Assembly (NCBI RefSeq): GCF_009834535.1
Contig: NC_045697.1
Location: forward strand, 21,640,001-21,704,000
Origin: Camelus ferus
Lineage: Eukaryota
Reading direction: 5' to 3'
DNA length: 64,000 nucleotides
Shown here piece after piece: positions 39,461 to 52,059 of the stretch. The translations under genes and the position numbers were made by a program. Under the pieces are notes generated by a model that had not been told where the DNA came from, did not search any database, and was given only the letters and a program-made list of their open reading frames with translations. The first letter of the stretch is position 1; each line of letters starts with the position of its first letter.

Positions 39461-39570
39461 ACAGAGACTAGACAGAGTGAATGACAGACAGAGACACACA
39501 GATAAACAGAGAAAAAGAAATACAGACAGAGAGAGACACAGACAGAAAGAGACAGAGATAGAGAGAGAAT
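39461..39570 (+). repeat. Degenerate (GACA/GA)n microsatellite
   Basis: acagagacacacagataaacagag...acagacagagagagacacagacagaaagagacagagatagagagag. Confidence 0.8.
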
Positions 39571-40076
39571 GAAAAATAGGGAGAATTCAGATGATAAAAA
39601 CGTCATAAGCAGAATCTCTAATTGCCAGATCTTTGTGTTAAGAATATTAACAGAAATGATAGTTTTAAAAATGTCCTTATTTTATCCTTTTAATTGATGT
39701 ATCCTTGATATTTTTCCTTATAATAAAAGTTACTGATTTAGTATACCTTTATGTATAAAATAGTTTGAATGAAATAAAATCATTGACAAGATGTTATTAA
39801 TCTGAATATATTTTAAATCAATTTACAATGGTAACAGAACTCTGAAGGATGTTCAAGATTTTAAAATAACTGACACCTTGAAATCCTTAGAACCCCTTCC
39901 AGAATGAATTGAAATGTTTTAAATAATCAACAATACACCGAAACTGTCAATATGATGCTAACACAGATACCAAGTCAAATTGTTTCTTCTTAAATTTTGT
40001 TCTCTAATGAGTAAACAAACAACAAAAATAGATCAAGGAACATTTAAGAAATTGATAGAAAAATGCTTTAGGACAG

Positions 40077-40434
40077 GGTTATAGTCTGAATATTTTGTCC
40101 TCCTAGAAATTCATATATTGGAACTCTAAACCCCAAAGAGGATGACATTAGGAGGGAGAGTGTTTGGGAAATGCTTAAGCCATGAGGGTGGAGCCCTCAT
40201 GAATGGAATTAGTGCCTTGGGAAAGAGGCTCCAGAAAGCTCCTGGCACCCCCTCACCTTGAGAGGACACAGACAGAATCCAGGAGAGGGCCTTCACAAGA
40301 ACATAACCAGGCTGGCACCATGATCTTGGATTTCTCGGCCTCCAGAAATGTAAGAAATATTTTCCTGTTGTTTATAAACTACTCAAGCTACCCAGGCTGG
40401 TATTTTGATATAGCAGCCTGAATGGACTAAGGCA
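40077..40434 (+). mobile_element. MLT1A-type MaLR solo LTR
   Basis: ttatagtctgaatattttgtcc...catgagggtggagccctcatgaatggaattagtgcc...tatagcagcctgaatggactaaggca. Confidence 0.88.
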
Positions 40435-40488
40435 GACTAATGCCAGTGAAATAAAATTGCTTACTTTCAAGGTTAGCTTTTAACCTTG

Positions 40489-40597
40489 ATACATACACAT
40501 ACACACACACACATGCACACACACACACACATGCTGCATACTGACAGTCATATATACATATGTTTATATACATATATGTTTATATACATATATATAA
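40489..40597 (+). repeat. (CA)n / (TA)n compound microsatellite
   Basis: Directly visible in the sequence. Confidence 0.85.
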
Positions 40598-41529
40598 ACG
40601 CTGAGGATATCCAGGTCCAGAATACGAACATCAATAGACCTTATAAAATGGCTTCTACACCAAGTGAGCATGGTATTGGTAAAGTGATGGAGGGAGAGAG
40701 GGAGGGTTGTTCCACTGGCTTCTCTGATATAATAAACTCAAGTAAATTTTGTTCTTAAATCTTTTAGAAATATAGATCAATATATCATTCTTCATTTATT
40801 CTTTTGGAAATGTAATAGTTGTAATAAAATAAAAATCAATTTGTCAAGCAAATCTTGATTGCATCATCCTCAAAGGAAAATGCAATCCAGCAATAAAATA
40901 TCCTGACAAGAAAATAGTAATAAGCTTAAAGCCTCATCTCATACTTGTTATCCTGACAGCAATATCTCTGGAATATTCTCTTGACAGGAAAATTCCATTT
41001 CATTATCTTCAAAAAGAACTATCCAGAAATTTTTCCTCCCAAGGAAATAGTTATTATGCTGACAGAAACATTTCAGTTTCAATGCCCAGAAAACAGCATC
41101 ACTCTTAACCTGGAATAGAAAGGATTTCAATGAAGGGTAGCTTGTTCCTTTGGCTGCTGGAGATATGGTATGTATTTACTTAAAAGGAAATAAGAAAGAC
41201 ATAAAAATATCAAATCGAAACACAAATTCAGATTGTCATCTTATAATATGATTGGCATATTAAAATTTTAAAGAGACACACAAATAGAGGCATATATTGA
41301 TCTACCACTTTCAAGCACTCAAACTGTTTTTGTATGGCAACATCGTATACCTGATAGCCATACTATACAAATAGTGTGGTTGGACAAGGAAGGAGATTCT
41401 GTATGCAGAAAGGGTTGGGTGGAGGCTGACATACAGTTTCCTTCCATCCCTGGGCATCAAAAGATCTTCCGTAGACTTGCTTACTACATTACTCAATCTT
41501 GTGACATAGCCCATGAGCAATTATCACAA

Positions 41530-41700
41530 TTCTAATTCCAGCTAAATCTCATCCTATGTGTGTGATCTTGGAGCAGTTCATTTAGAGATATGAGCCTAAT
41601 TTGTAAAGTGAGGATAATCAAACTCTTAAACATTTTATTATTTTCCCTAAGGATAGAGTTATAAAAAGTGTGGAGACTGATAACATGGAAACATCTAAAA
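41530..41700 (+). mobile_element. MIR SINE
   Basis: ttctaattccagct...tgtgtgatcttggagcagttcattta...ttgtaaagtgaggataat. Confidence 0.6.
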
Positions 41701-42523
41701 CAGCATGATGTGACATATCCCACCTCCCACCAAAATCCAAAAGAAGATAAAAAAAAGTAGTAAAACTTCAAATGATAGTGAAGAAAATGATGTATTCTTT
41801 AACTTTTGCAAATTATTTGGGTGCAGTAACAAAAACACACACTAATCATATCCTATCTTATGTGCCTAAATAGTACCTAAGATAAGAGAAAGCTTCTGAC
41901 TCATCACTGCTTTCTATTTTATCTTTGGGTTGATGGTTAGAGATAGTCCTCTCAAATTTAATAGTTAGACCAAATTAATTAGGAAAATTTATTTCACAAT
42001 GAGACTTGTGAGTTTTAACTGGATATTATTTTATCTGCATCTGTTACTGCATTCATAATATATATTACGTATATTTTGTGGTTTGTTTAATTATATTACA
42101 GACAAGTGCATTTTAAACACAAACCTAAAATGAGAAACCTAAAAATGACATTGACTGCTAAAAATAGAAACTAGTGTCCAATCCCACTTACGAAGAGAAA
42201 TGCAAAATCCTTAAATAAAAGAACAGCAAGTTAGTTTGTAGAAAGTTCTCCATCATAATCATATTTGATTTTGTTTTTATTTCATTACTGTGAGGATAGA
42301 TGAGTGTATTGGAACCAATTTATATTGCACAGACATATATATATATACACATATATACAGATAAATATATATAAACATATAAAATCTCAATGGCTACCCA
42401 ATAAATTCAACAAAATCTCATATTAAAAAAATAAAATGATATATAGCCTTAAAAAGTTACTGCAGAGAACCTATACTATCATGAAGCAAACATTTACTCT
42501 AGAATAATAACAATTATTAAACT

Positions 42524-42526
<3 letters not shown>

Positions 42527-42589
<63 letters not shown>

Positions 42590-42660
42590 CTGAATCACTA
42601 TGCTGTACACCAGAAACTAACACAATGTTGTAAATCAGCTATATGTCAATTAAAAAATAA
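42527..42660 (+). mobile_element. Short L1 3' end with expanded (TG)(TA)~25 tract
   Basis: taactgaatcactatgctgtacaccagaaactaacacaatgttgtaaatcagctat...aattaaaaaa, with aaactta on both flanks. Confidence 0.8.
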
Positions 42661-44595
42661 AACTTAAGGATAAATATCTGACAATTTATCCTAAAAAGTT
42701 AAGAAAAATCACTAAGAGGAACTAATCTCTACCATAAGTATTTTAGGATGCAATTATTTATTCAAAATATTTGAGACAAAACTATTTGAAATGAGGGGAA
42801 ATAATTTTGTTGACAGACATATGGATTAATATATATATACATATATTAGATATATATTATATATACAGTGGCCACTTTGTCACCATAGAGAGATTCAGTC
42901 TCTGGATGAAATTGACAGTCTGGCAAGGGGAAGAAACTGGATTTGTAATGACATTACAGTGTCTCTGAATTAAAATCAACTTTTAATCGCACTTTTCTCT
43001 AGAATTTCAGATGCTACTGTTTTAGAGTTAGAGTTGAGTATTTGTTACCTAAAACTAAAGGTTTCTCATTAATATAATAAATTTCATTAAATCTAAGCAT
43101 TTTTCTTGGGTTTTTAGGGATAGGTAGATAGACAGAAAAATGATAGATATAGATATTGACATTGATATACATATGTATCATGCTATACACATGAGGTCAA
43201 AAGAAAGGAAAATGATGCTCTGCTAGGTTCCAGTCATATTATACCACTAGTCATCAGTGCAATACTTAGTTACAACATGAGAACCATAATAATTGAAAAA
43301 CAAGTATGCATACAGAATGACTTCAACTTTATCGAACTATATGCACATGAATAGAAATAAGTAACTCTTTTTTGTTTACTGTATGGATAGTGGCATAATT
43401 TGTACTTTATAAAGTTGTAGATTTTTTTTTAATTCCCTATATAGATATAGATTAGGAAGAAAACTAGGGTTACTTCAATATATTAAAAATATACACATAT
43501 AGTTTATATTTGCTGTATAAACATATACATATATAAAAACACTGTGAGATAGATGTGTGTTAGTATGTATACATATATTCCTTTTAGTATTAAATAAAAA
43601 TAATGAGACATACATAATATATTTATGTGTAGAAAATGTATGTATGGATAGACAGTAGATGGTAGATAGACAGATACAATAATTTACCAGCAGACATTGT
43701 TGTTTAAACAAATCATGCAACCATACTACTGTTAAACATTATTCTTTTAGATACTGGAACAGATATAAAGAAAGTCAAATAAAAATATCAATTGTCTATG
43801 TAACAATACAATAATAAATATAACAGCATGACATTTTGAATAAATAAATCACTCAAATCAAGCAAAATGCTTAATTTTTGTTAAGGAAGATACATGTGTT
43901 ACTTCCTTTCAAATGAATTCATTTTAAAGAAAATATAAGAAAAAACAGGACAGCTAACAAATCCTTAATTTGTTTTCTATATTGAACTAATATGAAAAGT
44001 AATGTTCCATAATGCCATGTAATAGCTTCAGTAACACTGGGAATATGTGAATGAACCAAAAAAAAAGTGTGTCTGTACTTATATGAAGCACAACAGAATA
44101 AGGATTCAAAGGTTAGACTGTATACATAGAACAACATTACTGAAAATTTTAGGTTTTGCCATATTTAAGAAGTGGAATTTTCCAGTACTATTATCTTCTC
44201 TTAAACTGAAACTGGCTAAGCATTTATAATTTCAGTCCAAGTATCATGTTTCTGGCATTAGTAGGCCTCCATTTGGAAAACAATGTCATAGGGTTCTTGT
44301 AGACAGATGGATAAATGAACAAAAGCAAAATAACATCCTAAGTTTTCTCCCTTTTATTTGATCTTCTGCCAAATGGAACTATATTTCTGTACAAAACAAA
44401 AAAAATATATCCTGGCATAAATTTAACTCTTCCTATGTCAGTTTTCTCTCTGAATTTATCTTCTCTGGCATATCTCCATTTAATAGAACGATTATATTAA
44501 AAACTTGTTCAGAGTGAACATTTCACCAGATTCTCTCAGTGTATAAATTAGTCCTTGGAATAATTAAATCTGTATTTAACTACGACATTGTTTGT

Positions 44596-44946
44596 TGGTA
44601 TGGGCTGAATTGGGTTCCCCCAAGCTTTCTATGCTGAAGAACATCATGACACGCCTATATATGGAGATAAATTGAGATCATTAGGGAAAGCCCTAATCCA
44701 ATCTGAATGGCCTCCTTGCAAGAAGAGAAGATTAGGACACAGGCACCTACAGAGGGAAGACCACGTAGAGACACAGGGAGCAGAAGGCCATGTCCAAGCC
44801 AAGGAGAGAGGCCTCAGAAGAAACCAGGTCTAAAGATATTTTGATCTCAGACTTTCTAGCCTCCAGAATTATGAGAAAATATACTTCTGTTGTGTAAACC
44901 AACCAGTCTGAGGTACTTTGTTATGGCAACTTAGGAAATTTATGTA
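44596..44946 (+). mobile_element. MLT1B/C MaLR solo LTR
   Basis: tatgggctgaattgggttcccccaa...aagccaaggagagaggcctcagaagaaacc...ttctagcctccagaattatgagaaaat. Confidence 0.85.
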
Positions 44947-45500
44947 TCTACAACAAAGTAAGTTTGCTATTTTGAGCCTTTCTGGTAGCTGTTTTCAATG
45001 TGATCAGTCCACTTACCTGTGTGTACTCCTAAACTATGAAGTTTCAGTAACTAGGTCAGCAGTATACCAGTGTTTAGTTAGTTGTATAGACAAAGATGCG
45101 CTCAGGGTAAAAGAGACAAACAGATCAGTTGAAAGATATAAGACTTTTATTCCATGAATTAAAAGTACAATACTTCACCATCACATCAAAAAAACTGATT
45201 CTCATATCTGACAAAAAAAAATGCATTCTTTTTTGTAAACCAATAGAAATGATACCTACTTCATGAGATTATTGTGAAAATGAAACAAGGTATTTGTGCA
45301 AACGTCTAGAAGATTACTGACCACATAATCAGTATCATACTGAATTGATTTGAAAAAGATATTTTCCTATTACCCAGACTACTTAATCAGTAAATGAAAG
45401 CTATCAAGAGGGGGATGTTATGAACAGATTCTCTTATACAGGAAATTCACTGAACAATAGCATAGAAAATAGGGTGGAGGAAGTTGATACCAGAACACAA

Positions 45501-45524
45501 AACCCTAACCCTAACCCTAACCCT
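45501..45524 (-). repeat. Short interstitial telomeric repeat (TTAGGG-type, 4 units)
   Basis: Perfect (AACCCT)4 on the plus strand. Confidence 0.85.
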
Positions 45525-45685
45525 GTATAATAAAGGTTTCACTCATAATATGTCCAGGGAGCAGTAAGAAACCTTTATTCTTAGACTGAGAGCCATGTGT
45601 TGGGTACTGTTAGGACCTATGGACTAGGTGGTTAGAAGCTAAATTGCAAAGGCAGAAATAGAAGGATTTAGAAACCATGTGGGAG

Positions 45686-46367
45686 TGCTGGGAAACAAGC
45701 CGCTGGAAAACAAGCAACTAGAAAACACGCTGCACCTAAATTTCCATGAGCTTAAAATATTATATTCACACTTACTTGCTTAAAATGCACCTACTTGCTT
45801 TGTTTTAATGTTTTACGCAGCAGATGACCTATAACACGTATTATGTTAAAGAAAATTCGTTAAGGGGCAATCCTGAGATTGACCATAAGGGCACGAAGGA
45901 AGGCAGATATTTCCTTAGGGTAAAACAATGGATGGTCCTGGAAAGCCAGATCATCCATTGCCAGAACTTTGTTCTGGCGTGAAAGCATGCGATTTAACCC
46001 AGGGGAAATATTTGCTATCTCAAGATGTTCCTGAGGCAATAACAGGATAGACTTAGAAATTTTGCATACCCCGAGGAGGGTGATTGTTCCTGGAAGGGAT
46101 AGGCCTGAAATTAATCAGTTAATCAGCAAGCAGAACTTAGTGCTTATCGCATGGAACATCTAAAGCCCCACTTCTTTGATCACATTCTTTTCTGAGCTGT
46201 AATACTTCCAATAAATACGATGTTGACCAGGCTTTCGGCACTCAAGATTTCGGCACGAGATCTTGAGTCCCCTGGTCCCATCTTTGCTCTTTACTTTGTC
46301 TCTTTGGTTTCTTAAGTCTTGCGTTGCCAGTCCTCAGACAGGGTCCCAATCTGCACTGGACGCAGCA
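45686..46367 (+). mobile_element. ERVK (class II, betaretrovirus-like) solo LTR, 682 bp
   Basis: Perfect terminal inverted repeat TGCTG...CAGCA, perfect 6-bp TSD tgggag (45680-45685, 46368-46373), caataaatac at 46209-46218, and an HML-like U5 (ggtccc...tactttgtctct). CpGs are retained. Confidence 0.85.
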
Positions 46368-47764
46368 TGGGAGAAAATACTGGGAGAAAATACGAAGGCT
46401 CCTGAGAAGGGGAATACGTGTTGAACGTAGTGCTTAAAAAAGATTTGTCTGACAATGCAGGCTCTGCATTTCCTTGATATTTTAGTTTAATGCTTGTAAA
46501 TCAAGGATAATGAAATACGACTTATGGGGAAATTGGGAGGATTAATTACAGATGCTAATGTTTGTAAAGAGCTTTAATAATGCTGCATTCAAAGTCCTGT
46601 TGCATCTCAGTTCAGAGCATTTGCATTCTTTCCGTTGTGAATTTCTATTCACATTGTCTGAAGCTGCTGTAGACTGAGCTCTAACAAAAGTAGTTTCTGA
46701 GAGCATTTAATGAAAAAGGCACCCGAGAAGAGCAACTGGCAGGGTCAGACCACCCCAAGCAGCATAAGAAAGGCTGGGTTCCCAAGATGGGAGGTCACTA
46801 GGAAGAATTTCTAAGAGAAGCAGACAGCCTTCCGCAGACAGCCTTCCACTGTTCTTCTCATTACTCATTCATCCCCTAACTTTTTTCCTCAGATTTTGAG
46901 AATCTCAAGTCACTCCATATGATAATTAACAGTTAACCACAGGGATAATCTATAACTGATACCAAAAATTTTCATTAAGCCTTTTCTATAAATTTGATTA
47001 TAGTCAAAAGTTATACATTCTTTTGTAGTGACCAAATCATTTCTATGAAGCAATTTAGAAATGTGTGATATAAGGTGTCCACATGAAAAATTCTTTATAT
47101 ACAAAACACATGAGGCCCTAGAAAATCACTACTTATTATTCCTTAGATTTTTGCTTCACTGTCATAGATCATATTTACCAAGAAAATGTTCTCTGGGAGT
47201 GCAGAAACTTAAATCCCAGCTCTGCCATTTAATTACTGCTATAATAATACTACCAATAATAAAATTCCTTTAGGCAACTAATATTATGAACATATAGCAT
47301 TTGTTAGGCAGTATTCTTGGCATGTCTGATAGTGAGTGGATAAGTGAGACTAAACCGGAAATTAAAATTTTTTTCATTTGCACACACGTCTCTTATTTTT
47401 TATGTAATATGTTTCTATTACATTTATGACAAAAGCGTTAAATCTGAATTCAATACTCATCATTCTTGGCCTCATTAAGCCATTTTTCTTGGAATTATCC
47501 TCTTCTTTCATATCATGGACTCTTCCAACCAAACTACCCCAAAGTATTTATTCTCTTAATTCTTGCCTTTTCATCATTAGCATGTCTCAAAAAGTCATCC
47601 TTCTGTCTCTGTCCTATCTCCCACTAATGTAATCAAGGCCCTAAATCAGGCATAACTATGTCAAATGGCTTGGTGAGAGGGCTGTCAACTTTTATTTTCT
47701 TTCCTTTATTTCTCATTCTACTCAGTCTGCGTTACTGTGCACTTTGCTAAATGTAAAGAACAGT

Positions 47765-47880
47765 GGCATGGTGACATTCGATTCCAGGTGTCAGCTCTAT
47801 CACTTACTGTTTTTGTGACCTTGCTAATGGCACCTAAAAACACTAAGCTTTAGTGTCATCAGCATGAAACGGTAGAGCTA
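47765..47880 (+). mobile_element. MIR SINE fragment
   Basis: ttcgattccaggtgtcagctctatcacttactgtttttgtgaccttg...ctaagctttagtgtcatcagcatgaaacgg. Confidence 0.6.
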
Positions 47881-50454
47881 TTACCAAGATACCGTTATCT
47901 TCTCTCTTACTATAAACATTTTTGAAGTCAATTTTTTAAAATATCTAGACTGAATTCACCACATTATTGCCTCTGGTTCTTTCCCACCACTGCTCCATTA
48001 ACTGTGTGCTTTGTGCTAAGAGCTCCTTCCCCATAAGACTTTCCTCTAGGTAGGTATTTTTATATATATATATATATATAATTTATATATAAATATATAA
48101 ATATAACCTCAAGTTCCAACACAATTTTGGCTTTTTTCCTTATAGTCTTCTACAGTGATTCAGATCATTGTTCTCTCTTTAAGAACAAATATTTTTTCCC
48201 CCTTAAACCTCTAATTAGAATTCAACCATAGTGAAAAGTGCAGTGTATTCCCATTTCAAAACTACTGAGATGGAGAATGGAATCATCTGGCTGTCTTTAC
48301 TAACCTTGATTCATAATACTGGGCTAAGGAGGGACATAGCTTCCCCTAAAGCGCAAGACTACTGAGTACCTAAAAGCAAGTATGTGATGTTCTACTAAAG
48401 AGGAAGGTGAGGGGATTCAGAATAGGAGTAATATGATCTGTTTATATGGCACCAGATGCTATGTACCACAAGCAGGATCCCAAACACTGTTTTCAAAATT
48501 CTAGGGAGCCAGAGGGGAGAAATTGAATTTATATCTGCACAACTGCTTAGTGGAAGGAAAGTTGGGCTACATATAAAAATAAAGGGCTTTGTTTCTGACT
48601 CTGTACCTAATGCCTGTCTACAGTATCATTGCATCTCTTTTGGTGTAGTTTCCTTGTGTATTAATAAAGGTCTTGAGGAAAGGGAATTTAGTAACGCATA
48701 GGTTTCTGATTTGAGTGTCTGTAGGAGGAGTGAGACTATTCTTCAAGATAGAAAATGTCATGGGAAGGTAAATTTTAGGAGATAAATGAATATGTGAAGA
48801 ACTACTGGATGTGAAGAACCTACTCAAATGAGAGATTCAGTAGACTGTTGATTGGCCTATGCCAATACTGCCTGGCATAGATACATCTGAAAAGGAAATA
48901 TTTGGAAGTCATTTATTATATATTACAGATATATAATATTTGAAGCTACAGGGGTGAGGTATTAATCCCTTAACTAATTAATCCCTTAAGAGATTGAATA
49001 CAGAGCTCCAGCTAACACCAACATAGAGCCATGGGCATAGTTAATGAAGACTACAGACTTTTTTGTTGACTATATTATATATATAGTCAACGATTTTGAT
49101 ATTTTTAACTGTGTTTAATCTTTTTGTTTTATTCATCTCTTGACAAGGGTACACAACTGATACTTGGAGAAATGTTTTATCCTTAATAAATGCCAGAAAT
49201 GTTTTTGAAAAAAACACTTACATGTCAACAATTTTGCCAATTACATTTCTTAATGTAAATGATCTTTTGATTGTATCTCATATTTTGCTTGCTTTTAGTT
49301 TCTGATTCCAGCATCCTTTATTTGAGGTCTCAGTTGCAAAATGTAATAAAGACAATTACACAGTCAGATAATTTTATTGTCACTGAAATAGGCTGCCTCT
49401 ACAGTACGTAGAATTAGGGGGAAAATGAGTATGAAGACAAATCAAGTAGTTTATAGTGATTGTTATAAATTAAATAAAAAAATTAGAATAAAATTTTGAA
49501 TTCTATGACTGAAAGAAAATTCCAAAATGTCTACTACTAAATTTTATGGGAACTAAATAGTTATGAGTTAATGATTTCATATTTTAAGTTTGAGCTTTCT
49601 GTCATTACCCCTTCATTATTGGAAATACAAAATTTTGTTAAACAACAACAACAAAAAATCCACTTTTCTTCTCTGTAGTGACTACAAAAAATAAAACACT
49701 CCATATTCATGAAGAAAGATACTAGGTAGTGGAAATTTGCTAATTAATTCATCCATCTCTCTGGACATTTATTCAAAAACATTATTACAAGTTTACAAGT
49801 ATTAGGGAGGTGAATTGTTTGTTTTTTCTTTTATTCAAGAATTTTCCAGGAGTCTACTTAACATATAGTTCATACAATAAATGCTTATAGAGTGGAAGGA
49901 TCAATAAAAATGATAATTAAGAATAAATACACTTTTACACTATTAACTATAATGTAATGTGATCAATAATAAATGTTATAATAAATTACTATGAAAATAC
50001 TGTTGGTTATAAGGAGGCTTCACAGGAGGATATGACTGCTAAAAGATCAAAAAGTCAGTCATAAAAGGAATACATTATTTAAAGATGTGAACAAGAGTAA
50101 ATATGATGAATTAATAACTGGATATTAATACTTGATTCAAAATGGTTTGAATAAGAAGTTTTTTTGTATCAACTTTTTATTTTTTAAATGTATATCTGCT
50201 TCAATTTTATAAGTCTTGCATTTCATGAAAAAAATCATGAAATGTTTATTAGTCAACAAATTCACTTGGAGAGAAATCTACAACAAATAAAATAGATTTT
50301 CTATAAAGGAAAGGATCCAATAAATGTTTCCAACAATACAAAGCACTTTGTAAAGCATAGATGTGTTGCGTAAACAGGAAATAGCATTCATTACTCAAAG
50401 GAAATAAATACTTGGAAAATCTTACTACAAGAGGAAGGAAAACCTCTTACTCAT

Positions 50455-50471
50455 CTCATGAATATGCAAAT
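50455..50471 (+). promoter_or_regulatory. POU heptamer-octamer composite site CTCATGA-AT-ATGCAAAT
   Basis: Exact 17-mer match to the classical IgH VH-promoter heptamer/octamer arrangement. Function here is unknown. Confidence 0.4.
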
Positions 50472-50950
50472 TATCCTTGCAGATACTTGAGTACTGGCGT
50501 GGAGGCCTCCCCTTCATTTTCCTTACTTTTAAAAATCTGAGTTGATATTCCTTTGTGTTGTGACTGTACATAAGATATCAACTCACCAACTATGCTTGGA
50601 TATCATTAAGTAGATTAAATTGAATGATGAAAGCTCTTTCTCATAAAATGAATGTGGTCTCTTTCTTGTTAATTGTATTAAACAAAATCCTCTTTTGGGA
50701 TTGAGTCATTAAATTTATCCTCTCAACCTATAAAATAGAGCCATTAGACATTCAACTTGATCAATATAAACGTCCAATTAAGGCAATTCAGAACTAAATA
50801 CTTTTCCTGTTCAAATGCTATTTGGTTTATTTCATCTACCAAGATGGCCATAATAAGAATGGGCACATATTATTTTGCTTTGTATGTACTGCGAAGAGAA
50901 GCAAAAGTAAGACTCATAACTATTTCTTAATCCTATTTTGACCTATTTTA

Positions 50951-51521
50951 TTGACATATAACACTATATTAGTTTCAGTTGCACAACATGAGTCAGTATT
51001 TGTACAAATTGTGAAGAGATCACCACAATAAGCCTAGTTAAAAATCCGTTACCACACATAGTTACAATTTTGTTTTCTTGTGATGAGAACTTTTTAAGAT
51101 TTACCCTCTTAGCAACTTTGAAGTGTACAACACAGTATCATTAACTATAGTCACCATAGTGTATATTACAGCCTCAGAGCATATTTATTTCATAACTAGA
51201 GGATTCTATCTTTGAGTACCTGCACCCATTTCGCCCACCCCTACCTCCCACCTCTGGCAACCACTAATCTGTTCTCTGTATCTATGTGTTCATTTTGTTT
51301 GTTGGTTGGTTTGGTTTTTAGATTTCTTATATGAGTGAGATCATACGGTATTTGTCTTCCTCTGTCTGAATTACTTCACTTAGCATAAGGCCCTCAAGGT
51401 CCATCCATGTATTCATGAGTGGGAGGACTTCCTTCTTTTTTATAAATAAATAATAATAATAGATATGAAAACATTTTCTTTATCCATTCATCCATCAATG
51501 GAAACCTATGTTGCTTTTATG
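50951..51521 (-). mobile_element. L1MA9/10-like 3' end, antisense
   Basis: ttttattgacatataacactatattagtttcag...ctctggcaaccactaatctgttctctgtatctatg. 17-bp TSD with 2 mismatches (50934-50950, 51522-51538). Confidence 0.9.
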
Positions 51522-52059
51522 TATTTTGACTTACTTTACTTTCCCCAAGATGGGTAAAATTGAATGCCTAATCCCCAAGGAACTTAAATATTACTGAATG
51601 ATGATAAGAAAAAATACAAATATCTACAATCCAGGTAGATAAAATATAAGGTTATAAAGGCTCTGGTGGATCAAAGAAGTGAGTTTTTTGGGGGGGACTG
51701 TTTTTTTTGGTGAAAGCAGGGAGAACATGCAAATTGATGGAAGTCACTGTTCAAACTTATTATAAACAATACAATCAAATCTTTACAAAGCATAGCTATT
51801 AAAACATGTCCTTGTCCAGTATTTTTTTTTTAAAGAAAAAACTCTATTGTTCCCCATTAACCTCATAACTGAGTGAAAAGCATTTTTAAAAGACATAAAT
51901 CTGGTGAAAGTTTTCTCAGGCAGGAAAATCTTCCAAGAAAAAGAACCAGGAATGTAGTATTAAATGAGTGATGAATTTTATGCTATTTCAAAGGTAAATC
52001 AAAGTGCTTGAAACATTTTTAAAATGTTAGACCACTGCATATATAAGAAATGCACAACA

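Noticed and set aside
39415..40758. ORFs with SLSLSV or HTHTH repeats
   Set aside because: They are translations of microsatellites.
40988..41167. Plus-strand exon-like segment (ttctcttgacag|G ... ATG|gtatgt)
   Set aside because: Stop codons in all three frames and no partner exon; such splice-like pairs are common by chance.
50472..50950. Orphan immunoglobulin V gene downstream of the heptamer-octamer
   Set aside because: No leader exon, V-domain frame or recombination signal sequence is visible.
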